Assembly: GCA_003345555.1 (NCBI GenBank)
Contig: PRDJ01000042.1
Span: 12,282-76,281, forward strand
DNA: 64,000 nt
Origin: Candidatus Thorarchaeota archaeon
GTDB lineage: Archaea > Asgardarchaeota > Thorarchaeia > Thorarchaeales > Thorarchaeaceae
Reading direction: 5' to 3'
A program made the position numbers and the translations under genes. Every line of letters begins with the position of its first letter. The stretch's first letter is position 1. Under the pieces are notes generated by a model. It saw nothing but the letters and a program-made list of their open reading frames with translations. It ran no database searches and was not told the DNA's origin. Positions 29,463 through 39,572 of the stretch are shown one piece after another.

Positions 29463-29894
29463 TCAGATATTCATCAGATTTAGACCGGTTGCACTGTCCT
29501 TCTCCTTGGTGATTTCTTCCGCTGCTTCGATGAAGAAGACTTCCATCGTGAGAGACACTTGGCATCCCTTACGTACATGCCCACCATGACAGCTTCCGCT
29601 CTCATCTGAGACACTCATATGCAGGTGCGCCATGGGCTTGCCTTCGTTGATACATACGTTGCCGACACATGAAATGATTTCCACATCCTTGTCGATGCTA
29701 AGCTCCCTGTATGTACGACTATCTCGGTCAAAGAATGCCAGTCTGGCCTTGGATAGTGCGCCGATACCGGTTAATGAAGCAGTTCGGATGCCTTGACTGA
29801 CGGCTACCTTCTCAATGGTTTCAAGGACGTCCTCGCCCGGCTCAAGTCGCGCAACTATCATCCGTCGCGATTTGGTAGGCAACGATCGAACCAT
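29463..29894 (-). CDS. PPC/DUF296 domain protein
   Basis: MIVARLEPGEDVLETIEKV ... ISCVGNV core; start placed at an internal Met because the longer ORF would overlap the polB start. Confidence 0.45.
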   Translation of the reverse strand: MVRSLPTKSRRMIVARLEPGEDVLETIEKVAVSQGIRTASLTGIGALSKARLAFFDRDSRTYRELSIDKDVEIISCVGNVCINEGKPMAHLHMSVSDESGSCHGGHVRKGCQVSLTMEVFFIEAAEEITKEKDSATGLNLMNI

Positions 29895-30005
29895 GCATTT
29901 ACGGTAGTGTGTCCGTCTTTTGAAGGGCTCGCCACAGATAGTTGCGCCACTTTGAGAAGGGCTTATCAATGATGTATACTCAATCAGTGATGCGAGAGAA
30001 CAAGG

Positions 30006-32843
30006 TTGGTCAAGGAAAAGAAGCCCGCACACGGGGATCAGTCCTCAGTAGAGGATTTCCTGGGCCCCGAACAGCGGCGCCGACGAACTGAAGATTCAAG
30101 CGTGGGGTCTTCGGATGTGGAGCATCGCGGCGCGCCTGACGATCCACCTGTTTCTCACAAGTCTACCTCCAGTCCGCCTCAGGCAGAAAATGATGTTGAA
30201 TCTGAAGAAGAGAAGTATGCCGATGTAGTGGAGCAACCCGAAGTTGAGGTTGTAGAGGAAACAGAAGCTGTAGCAGAGATAAGAGCCGGCGATCGGGACA
30301 CGCCTCGTAACCTTCCACCGTCTTTCCTGCTCTCAATAGACTATGCGGGCCAGCAAAAGAAAGCAGTCGCGCGCTTGTACGACACAACCACGAAGCGATT
30401 GCTATTTTGGTTCGACAACAAGGGTCACCTGCCGTATTGTTACACTGACCTTCCTCGTCAGGCCGTGGAAAAGATAGACCGAGTCAGCAAGAGCCCCGGG
30501 TTTGTTAGGGCTGAAGCCGTCAAAATGCTTGACTTGCTTCAAGACCAGTCGAGAGACATGACCAAGGTAATTGCGGACGACCCACTCAGCATAGGTGGCC
30601 GAGCTGGCTCAATAAGAGAACAACTTGTCAAAGACGGTGTGAGCCATGCTTGGGAGGCGAACATACGGTACCGCAACTGTTACACGTACGACACTCGCGT
30701 CGTGCCTGGACTCGTCTACAAGATTGAGAATGGTGACTTGATTCCCTGCGCACCGAAGATAGATAGCAAGCTGATTGACGAGTTCAAAAGAGTCGTTCAG
30801 GATGAAGCAGGTCTTGATCAGGTACTCTCGGAGTACGCTCCGATGTTCTTCACCGAAGTTCCTGACATTCATCGTGTTGCGGTAGACATTGAAGTATTCA
30901 CACCCGTCAAGAACCGGGTTCCCGATGCGGCAACTGCACGTTATGAAATCATAGCAATTGGTCTGTCAGACAACGAGGGATACAGCAAATGCTTCGTTCT
31001 AAGACGCAAAGATCACCCCGAAGGCACGAAGGACAAGGATTTCCCCGGAAAGCTGGATATTGTCTACTTCGATCGAGAAGTTGACATGCTTCTCGAAGCT
31101 TTCAAGGTGATTGACACTTACCCCATAGTGCTGACATTTGTGGGGGATGCCTTTGACCTCAACTACATGTATCATCGAGCCGAACGTCTTGGTATTGACA
31201 TGAAAAGACAATGTCCAATAACGCTGGGCAAGGATGTGGCTTTGCTCAAGAAGGGCATTCATGTCGATCTCTATCGTTTTCTGAAGAACCCCTCAATCAG
31301 GCTGTACGCTCTGTCGGGAGCTTATGAGCAGAACAATCTCGACTCAGTTGCAAAGGGTCTGCTGGGAGTTGGAAAGCTTGGGATAAGCAGCGACATATCC
31401 AGCGTTCCGTACGTTGAGCTTGCTCACTATTGCTGGCAAGATGCAGATATCACGCTAAGGGTCACACAGTATGAAAACAACCTCTTGTTAAGACTCATTG
31501 TTCTACTGATGCGTATATCCCGTCTGTCTATGGAAGATGTGACTCGACAAGGAATATCATCGTGGATTCAATCGCTTTTCAGACAGGAACACCGGACTAG
31601 GGGATGTCTGATACCCCGTCAGGTTGACATTGAGCTAGCAAAGTCTTCCGAAGCGCAGACTGCCGCCGTTATCAAGGACAAGAGATTCAAGGGCGCGATT
31701 GTTATCGAACCAGTTGCAGGGGTACACTTCAATGCGGTAGTTCTGGATTTCGCAAGTCTGTATCCCACGATAATGAAGACCCACAACATCAGTTACGAGA
31801 CCGTGGATTGCCCCCACGAGGAATGCAAGAATGCAACTGACAACAGAGTCCCGGAGACCAATCACTGGACATGCAAGAAACGCCGCGGAATGATTAGTCA
31901 GACGATAGGCTTCTTCCGAGATACCAGGGTGAAATGGTTCAAGGCTAGGAGCAAAGACAAGTCCCTTGATGAAAAAACGAGAAACTGGTATTCTGTGGTT
32001 GAAAAAGCTCTCAAGGTTTTCGTTAATGCATCGTATGGTGTGACAGGGGCTGAGCACTTTGAGCTGTTTTGCATGCCCGCCGCAGAAAGCGTTACTGCCT
32101 ACGGTCGCGATGCAATAATGAGGACTAAGGCGAAGGCGGAATCGATGGGCATCTCTGTGCTATACGGTGACACAGACTCTCTCTTCATGGACAACCCCAC
32201 AAAGGAACAGCAGGAACAGCTAATCCAGTGGTCGCGCAAGGAGCTGGGCATCGATCTTGAAGTTGACAAGACATACAAGTATGTGGCTCTCTCTGGAAGA
32301 AAGAAGAACTACATCGGGGTCTACAAATCAGGCGCCGTCGAGGTGAAAGGTCTTACTGGCAAGAAACGCAACACTCCTGATTTTGCTCAGCACGCATTCA
32401 GGCATATGCTCGAAGTTCTGAGCCGCGTTGACAGTCCTGACGGTTTCGAGACTGCCAAGGCTCAGATTCGTGAGGTCGTCAATCAAGTCATCGACAGGCT
32501 GGAAGGTAGGGGTGAACCTTATACTCCCGACGATGTAGCCTTCAGAGTACAGATTACCAAGCCGCTTGAGCAATATGGGAAGACGAAACCACAACATGTG
32601 CGCGCTGCTCTCATGATGAGGAATGCGGGTTATGATGTCCCTGCAGGGACCATAGTGAGTTACATCAAGACAAAGGGCGAGGACGGAGTACTGCCGGTCG
32701 AGCTTGCTCAAGGAACGAGCTACTGGTTGGACAAGGACAAGTACATTGAGACACTGCACTCTGTGTTCGAACAGGTACTTGATTCCGTAGGGCTTGAGTT
32801 TGAAGAGCTCATGGGTTTCACAACGCTTGATCAGTTCTTCTAG
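30006..32843 (+). CDS. polB: family B DNA polymerase with an approximately 100-aa acidic N-terminal extension
   Basis: Exo I VAVDIEV; motif A DFASLYPTIM; motif B KVFVNASYGVTG; motif C VLYGDTDSLF. Confidence 0.9.
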   Translation: MVKEKKPAHGDQSSVEDFLGPEQRRRRTEDSSVGSSDVEHRGAPDDPPVSHKSTSSPPQAENDVESEEEKYADVVEQPEVEVVEETEAVAEIRAGDRDTPRNLPPSFLLSIDYAGQQKKAVARLYDTTTKRLLFWFDNKGHLPYCYTDLPRQAVEKIDRVSKSPGFVRAEAVKMLDLLQDQSRDMTKVIADDPLSIGGRAGSIREQLVKDGVSHAWEANIRYRNCYTYDTRVVPGLVYKIENGDLIPCAPKIDSKLIDEFKRVVQDEAGLDQVLSEYAPMFFTEVPDIHRVAVDIEVFTPVKNRVPDAATARYEIIAIGLSDNEGYSKCFVLRRKDHPEGTKDKDFPGKLDIVYFDREVDMLLEAFKVIDTYPIVLTFVGDAFDLNYMYHRAERLGIDMKRQCPITLGKDVALLKKGIHVDLYRFLKNPSIRLYALSGAYEQNNLDSVAKGLLGVGKLGISSDISSVPYVELAHYCWQDADITLRVTQYENNLLLRLIVLLMRISRLSMEDVTRQGISSWIQSLFRQEHRTRGCLIPRQVDIELAKSSEAQTAAVIKDKRFKGAIVIEPVAGVHFNAVVLDFASLYPTIMKTHNISYETVDCPHEECKNATDNRVPETNHWTCKKRRGMISQTIGFFRDTRVKWFKARSKDKSLDEKTRNWYSVVEKALKVFVNASYGVTGAEHFELFCMPAAESVTAYGRDAIMRTKAKAESMGISVLYGDTDSLFMDNPTKEQQEQLIQWSRKELGIDLEVDKTYKYVALSGRKKNYIGVYKSGAVEVKGLTGKKRNTPDFAQHAFRHMLEVLSRVDSPDGFETAKAQIREVVNQVIDRLEGRGEPYTPDDVAFRVQITKPLEQYGKTKPQHVRAALMMRNAGYDVPAGTIVSYIKTKGEDGVLPVELAQGTSYWLDKDKYIETLHSVFEQVLDSVGLEFEELMGFTTLDQFF

Positions 32844-33084
32844 GTGTCCGCAGAGGGAAGTTGGCATCCTCAATAACCTAGAGTCAGTATTGTCGGTGAT
32901 AATGATGATTTGCCGCGCGCGTCTTGATTCAGACATTGACGAGAATGGCCTTCTGTATGTGTCTGAGCCTTCTGCCAAAACCGATTGGCGCATGAAGTCC
33001 GACCAAGAAACTCTTAATATGTCCGACAGGTCAAGAGCCAATGGACAGACATCAGTCAGACCACAAATGATGGGGCCGCATTAG

Positions 33085-34119
33085 ATGAAGCTGAACTACC
33101 GAGAGCTCTTCATGGAAAAAATGGGAATCCTTCTCCGACCAGATGACATTGAGGCGACTGCGCGAGACTTCCTTTCGAGCTATGCATCTTACATGAAGGA
33201 AGTTGGGATTGTTGCTAAGGATCCAAGTGGCAAGACACTCTACTCAAGTCGAACCGCTCCAGTTGATGACAAGTACACACAATTCTTCGAACAATGGGTG
33301 AGTCTGACACGTGCACTTGGAATCGATTCTGCTGTTGCGATGGACTTCTACACTGATGGATGGTTCGGCCGTGACCCCAAGTACCAGACAATTGGATTCA
33401 AGGGTCAAACATTGACACATCAGATCTGTCCTAATCGGGAGGAGTTCTGGCAATACGGGGCCGAAATCATCAAGGAGCTAGGAGCTTATCCTATTGATGA
33501 GATTCTGCTATTTGGCGCCGGGTACGTTCGAGACGAGTTCTGTTTCTGTGAACGATGCAGGAAGGAATTCGCTCCGATGGTTGACCAGGAACCCAAACGT
33601 CTGACGTATCTCTACATTTCTGAGAACCCTGACCACCTGGCAAAGTGGTACAAATGGCGCACCGACAAGGTCAATCGAGGTCTCCAAGTCCTTCAAGACG
33701 CCGCTCGTGAGGTCGATAAGAAAGCAGGCCGATCAAAGCCCCTAACAATTGCTGTCGAAGTTCTGATTGACCCGGAGACCGGGCTGTCTGACGGCGCTAT
33801 GAAGAGATGCGGTTATGACTACACGAAGATAGGCGAGATAACCGGCAATATTCTCATCAATCTCTTTCCATGGTCTCCTCTGTTGCCAAAGAAGGGAACA
33901 AAGCAATACAACGACTTGATTGAGTCTCTCTACTTCACGACTGAGTTCAAGCGACGCGGCGGCAGGGCCTCTCTCTTTCGATGGGGGGTGAAGACGCTTG
34001 ACCAATTCAGGGAACTCAAGGCCTTCGGCAAGGACGCCGGAATAGACAGGTTTGTTGTCTCTCTCCACTACCCCAATGATTACTCAACTCGACGTGAGAG
34101 TGCCATAACCAGCTATTGA
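33085..34119 (+). CDS. hypothetical protein (possible glycoside-hydrolase-like TIM-barrel)
   Basis: 344-aa ORF; no firm motif. Confidence 0.35.
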   Translation: MKLNYRELFMEKMGILLRPDDIEATARDFLSSYASYMKEVGIVAKDPSGKTLYSSRTAPVDDKYTQFFEQWVSLTRALGIDSAVAMDFYTDGWFGRDPKYQTIGFKGQTLTHQICPNREEFWQYGAEIIKELGAYPIDEILLFGAGYVRDEFCFCERCRKEFAPMVDQEPKRLTYLYISENPDHLAKWYKWRTDKVNRGLQVLQDAAREVDKKAGRSKPLTIAVEVLIDPETGLSDGAMKRCGYDYTKIGEITGNILINLFPWSPLLPKKGTKQYNDLIESLYFTTEFKRRGGRASLFRWGVKTLDQFRELKAFGKDAGIDRFVVSLHYPNDYSTRRESAITSY

Positions 34120-34132
34120 GACGCGGTTCGTT

Positions 34133-35062
34133 TCATCGCGAAGAACCACAATAAGGACAGACTCTTGTCCCTTCCCTTAGGCTTCTGCCGCATGAGAAGC
34201 AAAAGCTTCTCTTGGGTTCTTCAGTACGCTTGTCTTCGGCGAAGGGACTGAGTTCTCCCTGCGCAAACAAGCTGCCTAGGCCTTCAACTGAGTCTCCAGA
34301 ACAGCTCCGACAAGCAGTACTAGAGGATTTGTCGCGGGTAACGGGCCGACGCTGGTCACCACGATAGTCTTCTTCGCGATCGTCGTTGAAAGGACCGGCT
34401 GTCCTTCCTTCCGAGAACGGGCTCTCTTGCTGTTCCAATGAATACCCTTGTCCGGCTGACCATCGGTCTTGGCCTTGGGCTTGAACCGGGCTGGGTCGAC
34501 TGGACTGCATGCTCCTATCTAGAGTTTCGAAGTCTCCTCGGTAGTCATCAGAACTGTAATCCCCCCCTGTCGAAGGTCGATTCGCACTTCTCTGACCTAG
34601 ATCCTCCCTTGGCTCATAGTCTTCTTGGGATGAGAGTCCTCGCGAGGCATCGATGAAATGAGTGTGGGACTCTGCCTTGAGCCGCTGATAGTCATCTTGT
34701 GTTAAGCCAAGCATCTCAAGCGATCTGTCTCTGTCGGCGCATCTCTTTGAAAGGGGACAACAGTAGGCTAGGCTGCCATGACATAAGGATGCCATGGCTC
34801 TCTCTTGACGTGACTTGAATATCGGCGTAATCCTCCGATTTCCGAAGATGAGCGAATCCCCGACGGCCTTCAGCTGAGTATAGCCGCTTTGCGCCATTGC
34901 CTCAACAATCTCTCTTGCGGGATAGGGCTTGCCCTCTATTATCACGTAGCCCTCAGTCTTTTCCAGTCTGATGGGCCTTTCAGCGCCCCTATCATCATAG
35001 CTCGAATCGTATCTCGTCTGAGCCCACCTCAGGTCGATGTCTATGTCAGGGATTGGGGTCAC
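34133..35062 (-). CDS. hypothetical protein, largely disordered with C-terminal zinc ribbon
   Basis: 309 aa; CFSCG...CPYCG at the C-terminus. Confidence 0.35.
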   Translation of the reverse strand: MTPIPDIDIDLRWAQTRYDSSYDDRGAERPIRLEKTEGYVIIEGKPYPAREIVEAMAQSGYTQLKAVGDSLIFGNRRITPIFKSRQERAMASLCHGSLAYCCPLSKRCADRDRSLEMLGLTQDDYQRLKAESHTHFIDASRGLSSQEDYEPREDLGQRSANRPSTGGDYSSDDYRGDFETLDRSMQSSRPSPVQAQGQDRWSAGQGYSLEQQESPFSEGRTAGPFNDDREEDYRGDQRRPVTRDKSSSTACRSCSGDSVEGLGSLFAQGELSPFAEDKRTEEPKRSFCFSCGRSLREGTRVCPYCGSSR

Positions 35063-35258
35063 AACAATAGAACGGTGAGTATTACAGGGATAACTCTAAT
35101 CCGTGTGCCGCATACTGCCGGGTCTTGTTATATAGAAGGACAGACTCCGTTTCACTGCTTATCGGAAAGTATATTATCTCAGGGAAGGCCCCTTGTTGAC
35201 GGTAGAGGACCGAACGGCCCGCTATGCGTCGGTCGTCTTGTACTAGGATGGAGATACT

Positions 35259-35627
35259 ATGGGTTGTAAGGCAGAAGGAGCTGCCCAGGGCTATACCGTT
35301 CTTGGTGGAATAGTGCTGTTGATTTTCGCCATCAACGACCTGCGCAACGGAATAGGTCAGGCTCTGGAAGGTAGCTTCGAAGGCACCATCACTGTAGTCT
35401 TGGCAATAGTGTTGATTCTGCTGGTGGTTCTGTCTTTTGATGCATGCGGATTTACGCACTTCAAATTGCGGCGCAGCGGGCTCTTGCTGGCAGTCTTCGG
35501 GTTCATAGCGATCGTCATAATCGGACGAGGCCTGAGCTTCGACATTTTGGGCTGGCTTATGAACCTGGGAACGCTGGCAGGTCTGATGATACTGATAGCA
35601 GGCATTTTGATAATGGTGAACAAGTAA
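35259..35627 (+). CDS. small four-TM membrane protein
   Basis: 122 aa, strongly hydrophobic; tandem with a paralog. Confidence 0.45.
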   Translation: MGCKAEGAAQGYTVLGGIVLLIFAINDLRNGIGQALEGSFEGTITVVLAIVLILLVVLSFDACGFTHFKLRRSGLLLAVFGFIAIVIIGRGLSFDILGWLMNLGTLAGLMILIAGILIMVNK

Positions 35628-35647
35628 GTTGAGGTGAAAGAGAGAAA

Positions 35648-35989
35648 ATGCCAAAGAACACTCAAGCAAACAAGATTGGTCAACTCCTCGTCCTCTTGGG
35701 TGGAATAATAGGACTTCTGTTCGGGATAATGGATGTACTCCTGATTGCCAACCCGTTGCATGCATACTTCCCGACACTCGAGTTTGGAATCGGAGCCGTG
35801 ATTGTAGGGGCAATCCTCATTATCTTGTCATTGGCCGTACTCGCGACCAGTGGTGCAGTCAAGATCAAGTTCCTGACATTCGACAACAACTGGATTGTTC
35901 TTCTGATTCTCGGCATACTGATGTACATATTCGCCGGAGGCATCGGAGCAATCCTAGTAATCCTAGGCGCAATCCTGATGCTTCTGTAG
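35648..35989 (+). CDS. small four-TM membrane protein (paralog)
   Basis: 113 aa with the same topology pattern. Confidence 0.45.
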   Translation: MPKNTQANKIGQLLVLLGGIIGLLFGIMDVLLIANPLHAYFPTLEFGIGAVIVGAILIILSLAVLATSGAVKIKFLTFDNNWIVLLILGILMYIFAGGIGAILVILGAILMLL

Positions 35990-36195
35990 AGGGCAACTGG
36001 TCCAGAGAGAGGTTAGTGTAACAGTCGGCAGGCATGTTCTCACAGCCTGCCGGTCTCACCCTTTTTCTGGGTTTTCGCAATCGCCCCAAAGAAGTCGGGT
36101 TCAGTGGGGATTAGGCTGACTCGCACGGCATGCATCGCAAATTAGATAACGGCTTAGTGTCTGGGCCAGCTTGCCCGAACCGGGGAGGCGTTATC

Positions 36196-37548
36196 ATGGA
36201 CGATAAGCACATCCAGATTCTTAAGGACTTGGGCTTTGGCGACATCAGCTCAAAGACAATGAGTAATGAGTACTGGAAGAATAGGGCGGCAGAAGCCCTT
36301 GCCATCACGACTCAAGAAAGAGATGTCTTTGGCTGTCTTGACCACACTCGCGGAGATGGCGTGAGGATCTATGACATTGAAGGCACAGAGTATCTTGACG
36401 TGACTGGCGGGGTCGCAGTACGTGCCTTCGGGCTAAGATACAAACCGTTCTTAGACTTCGAAGCGAGCATCAGCGACGTCGTAAGCGAGTTACCGGGGAT
36501 GGACTTCGACGCTATTCCACAGACACTGCTTGCAGAGAGGGTAGCTAAGATTACTCCGGGCACCTTCAAGAAGCGGGTCGTCTTTACAACTTCAGGAGCA
36601 CGCGCTGTCGAGGGCTGCATGAAATCAGCAATGGATCTCTCTAGTAGGCGCAGATTCGTCGCGTTTAGACCGGCATTTCATGGTCGGACCGGCTATGCAC
36701 TGGCATTGACTGCCTCGAATGCAATGCACAAGTCAGGTTTTCCTCAAGGAGTTGATGTCATCAGGGTTCCTTACCCATACTGCTACCGTTGTCCCTATGG
36801 TCAGGAGGTTGAGAGCTGCAACCTCGAGTGCGTCGAAGGTCTTGTGTATGCTCTCCAAGTTGAGGGAAACGACATTGTGATGACCGTGATGGAGCCAATC
36901 TGCGGTGAGGGTGGACTGATTGTGCCTCCGGCCAAGGCCGTGAAAGGCATGTACGATGTCACAAAAGAAGTCGGTGCCTATTTCATGTCTGATGAAGTGC
37001 AGGCGGGGATGGGTCGCACTGGTAAGTGGTGTGCCATCGAGAATCATGGTGTTGTTCCCGATTTCGTTTCAATCGCGAAGGCGCTCGGCGGGGGTTACCC
37101 GATGGGCGCGTCGATAGGGCCTGCCCCAATGTTCACAGGACCATCTCGGCACTCGGAGACATTCTCCGCTGAGCCGAAGCTCTCATTGCTTGCACTCTGG
37201 ATAATCAAGCATATGGAGGATGGCGGGTTCCTTAAGAAGAACGCAGAAAATGGTGCCTACCTCATGAAGCGTCTGAACGAACTGAAGGACAAGTATGAAG
37301 TAGTTGGCGACGTACGCGGAATAGGTCTGATGGTCGGTGTCGAGTTCGTGAAGAGCAAGAAGACTAAAGAAAAGGCAAGGGACCTCAGATACCGTATTGT
37401 CAAGAATGCGGTGCAGAAGCAGAAGCTCTGGATGATAGGTGCAGGCCAGAACTGCGTGAGATTCACTCCGAGTTACATCATAACGAAAGCCAATATCGAT
37501 GATGCCGTCGATAGATTCGACAAGGCCATAGCCCAAAGCCTCAGCTAG
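36196..37548 (+). CDS. class III PLP-dependent aminotransferase (acetylornithine/GABA aminotransferase family)
   Basis: FMSDEVQAGMGRTGKW ... SIAKALGGGYPMGA. GGAGG sits 6 nt upstream of ATG 36196; the ORF-track start at 36130 is less likely. Confidence 0.85.
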   Translation: MDDKHIQILKDLGFGDISSKTMSNEYWKNRAAEALAITTQERDVFGCLDHTRGDGVRIYDIEGTEYLDVTGGVAVRAFGLRYKPFLDFEASISDVVSELPGMDFDAIPQTLLAERVAKITPGTFKKRVVFTTSGARAVEGCMKSAMDLSSRRRFVAFRPAFHGRTGYALALTASNAMHKSGFPQGVDVIRVPYPYCYRCPYGQEVESCNLECVEGLVYALQVEGNDIVMTVMEPICGEGGLIVPPAKAVKGMYDVTKEVGAYFMSDEVQAGMGRTGKWCAIENHGVVPDFVSIAKALGGGYPMGASIGPAPMFTGPSRHSETFSAEPKLSLLALWIIKHMEDGGFLKKNAENGAYLMKRLNELKDKYEVVGDVRGIGLMVGVEFVKSKKTKEKARDLRYRIVKNAVQKQKLWMIGAGQNCVRFTPSYIITKANIDDAVDRFDKAIAQSLS

Positions 37549-37700
37549 TGCGGTAGGAATCCGCAAGACAGCAGTCAATCCAGTTCTTTGAAGGACCCCG
37601 TTCTTCTTGCTGACGTAGACAGGATTCCTTTTGGCGATGCTCGAGGAGCCAAGCTTACTAATCCTGTTCCTAGCATAGATGTCTCGTCCATAGATTGCTA

Positions 37701-38963
37701 CTAAGGTCTTCTCAGTATGACCAGATTCTCCGTAGCTGTTCTCCTGTCTTCGATCTTGGTTGCCGGATTCACATGATAGGAAAAGACTCTCCGAGCGACT
37801 ATCGTGTCAATCAGTGTCTTTTCGTGAATCCAGCCCATCTGAGTGAAGTGCTCTGCGAAGATCGTGTCTATCGGAATCGGGCGTCCCCTGAGACTAGACC
37901 TTCCTACGAAGAAAAACAAACGCGACGTTATCTTGTCCTGCAGGCGACTGAGTGCTCCTAGGATGCCGTGAAAATAGCGGTCGTAGATCTTCTTTATGTG
38001 CTCTTCCTCGATATCATCGCGAATGACTGAGAATGTGGGCGAGTTCACCGGCCTCGGAGGCAGGTTCCTGTAGGGAATCTCAAGTCTACTGAGATTCTTA
38101 ATCTCCATTTCAGAGTGTCCCAACCAGAAGAGATCCATCTTGGCTTGGCGTATGTATTCTTGGGACTGTAGGTAAGGCGGAGAGGTTATGAGAATGTCCT
38201 TCTCCTCGTCGAGATTAGTAGACAGCGTATCAACTCCGCCTCTGACCACGGCCTTTGTCATCTTGGGCGCAAGACTCTGATATTCACTGAGTCTCTGAAG
38301 GACATTCTCAGTTTCACGTCTCACCGTTTCATAGAACCGCTTCTTCCAGTCTCCGGCAATTAGCTGCATAATCCTCTCTTTTGACTTCGGCGACTTAGAC
38401 AACTTCATCCTTCCCATATCATCGAAGGAGAAGTTCCTGCTTGCCTTGAGGAGCGGTATCGTAAGGAGCAGTCTTGCATGCTCATCATCGAGTGAATGGT
38501 AGAATCCCCAGGCTCTGGTCAGAATAGGCACGAATTCAGGAGGAAACCAATAATCGAACTTGGACCAGTCGGGCATGAATTCCTCCTCTGAAGAAACCAT
38601 CTTGTCTATCAGTTCTCTTGTGCGAATCTCTCGTGGCTCCAGCATAGTGATACGGTGAAGGACTTCTATGATTGGATTCAAATCCCACAGCTCGTAATCA
38701 CAATCGTATAATCGAGACACGACGCCCACCGTGCCATAACCGGCGAAGGGGTCGAATACCTTCGCTCTGGAGTGTGCGTAGTTTTTCAGAACGTATGCTA
38801 TGACGTGAGGGATGAACTTTGCCGGGTACCTGTAGATACCAAAAGCAGCATAGGTCGTGGAAGGGAAGTCAATCAAGTCCCTGAATGCAACTTGTTCTTC
38901 TGGCCCCAAGGTTTGTTCTTCTCGCGTGATTACGTCTGTGACATCTGGGTTGGTCGCCCACAT
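37701..38963 (-). CDS. DNA amino-methyltransferase (N6-A/N4-C), alpha-type motif order, orphan
   Basis: Motif I FDPFAGYGTVG about 180 aa before catalytic SPPY; no nuclease neighbour. Confidence 0.6.
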   Translation of the reverse strand: MWATNPDVTDVITREEQTLGPEEQVAFRDLIDFPSTTYAAFGIYRYPAKFIPHVIAYVLKNYAHSRAKVFDPFAGYGTVGVVSRLYDCDYELWDLNPIIEVLHRITMLEPREIRTRELIDKMVSSEEEFMPDWSKFDYWFPPEFVPILTRAWGFYHSLDDEHARLLLTIPLLKASRNFSFDDMGRMKLSKSPKSKERIMQLIAGDWKKRFYETVRRETENVLQRLSEYQSLAPKMTKAVVRGGVDTLSTNLDEEKDILITSPPYLQSQEYIRQAKMDLFWLGHSEMEIKNLSRLEIPYRNLPPRPVNSPTFSVIRDDIEEEHIKKIYDRYFHGILGALSRLQDKITSRLFFFVGRSSLRGRPIPIDTIFAEHFTQMGWIHEKTLIDTIVARRVFSYHVNPATKIEDRRTATENLVILRRP

Positions 38964-39225
38964 TTCAAGTATTGCTATAACAAAGACAATACGTCCAGAT
39001 GGCGGGAGTGGGACTCTCGTTCGTTTGCAGATGGCAGTTCCAGAGACCTACTTGACCGTGCCGCGAACGTGACCTCGTGATGCCAACGCTTATCAGTTGA
39101 ATGTGTTTCTTTTGAGCCAGAACTACGAAGGAGGTAGTCAGGCAGAATGGCAATAACCCAATGGGGGAATCGCGTTTGCGCGCCAGTCGATACTAGCTCT
39201 GCCTCCCTCTGCGAAGTTCGTCTAC

Positions 39226-39405
39226 GTGCTTCTTAAGAGCCGGCACCAATTGTCCCGGCAGGATTTAATCTCGGCGACCTACATGCCCCCAAGAACAGTG
39301 AACTATGGGATTAGTCGCTTAAAGGCATTAGGTCTGATTCAGGAAGAGAAGCATGGCGGCGATGCGCGGGAGAAGGTATACGTGCTGGTTTCGGCGCCGG
39401 TGTGA
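39226..39405 (+). CDS. small winged-helix DNA-binding protein (GTG start), not in the ORF track
   Basis: Manual translation gives VLLKSRHQLSRQDLISATYMPPRTVNYGISRLKALGLIQEEKHGGDAREKVYVLVSAPV with an HTH-plus-wing pattern. Confidence 0.3.
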   Translation: MLLKSRHQLSRQDLISATYMPPRTVNYGISRLKALGLIQEEKHGGDAREKVYVLVSAPV

Positions 39406-39572
39406 TTCCCGCTTAGGAATTCCGTATCGACTTAGCATCCCATAGGTACTGCAGGCAACTGCAGTATCTCCCTTTCTTTCGGTTCATCCAAAAGCCTCAT
39501 AATCGAGACGCGGGAACCTCGGATTGGCCAACTCTCAACATGGTGTAGTTGCACATGGCCAGTTGATGAGCG

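Noticed and set aside
32328-33041. 237-aa ORF on the minus strand inside the 3' end of polB
   Set aside because: Fully antisense to a strongly supported polymerase coding region, with low-complexity composition; it is an antisense open frame, not a gene.
35082-35813. 243-aa minus-strand ORF overlapping the two small membrane-protein genes
   Set aside because: Q/H/S/R-rich antisense translation of hydrophobic codons; the plus-strand ORFs give clean 4-TM proteins.
37183-37578. 131-aa minus-strand ORF over the aminotransferase 3' end
   Set aside because: Antisense to a high-confidence PLP enzyme.
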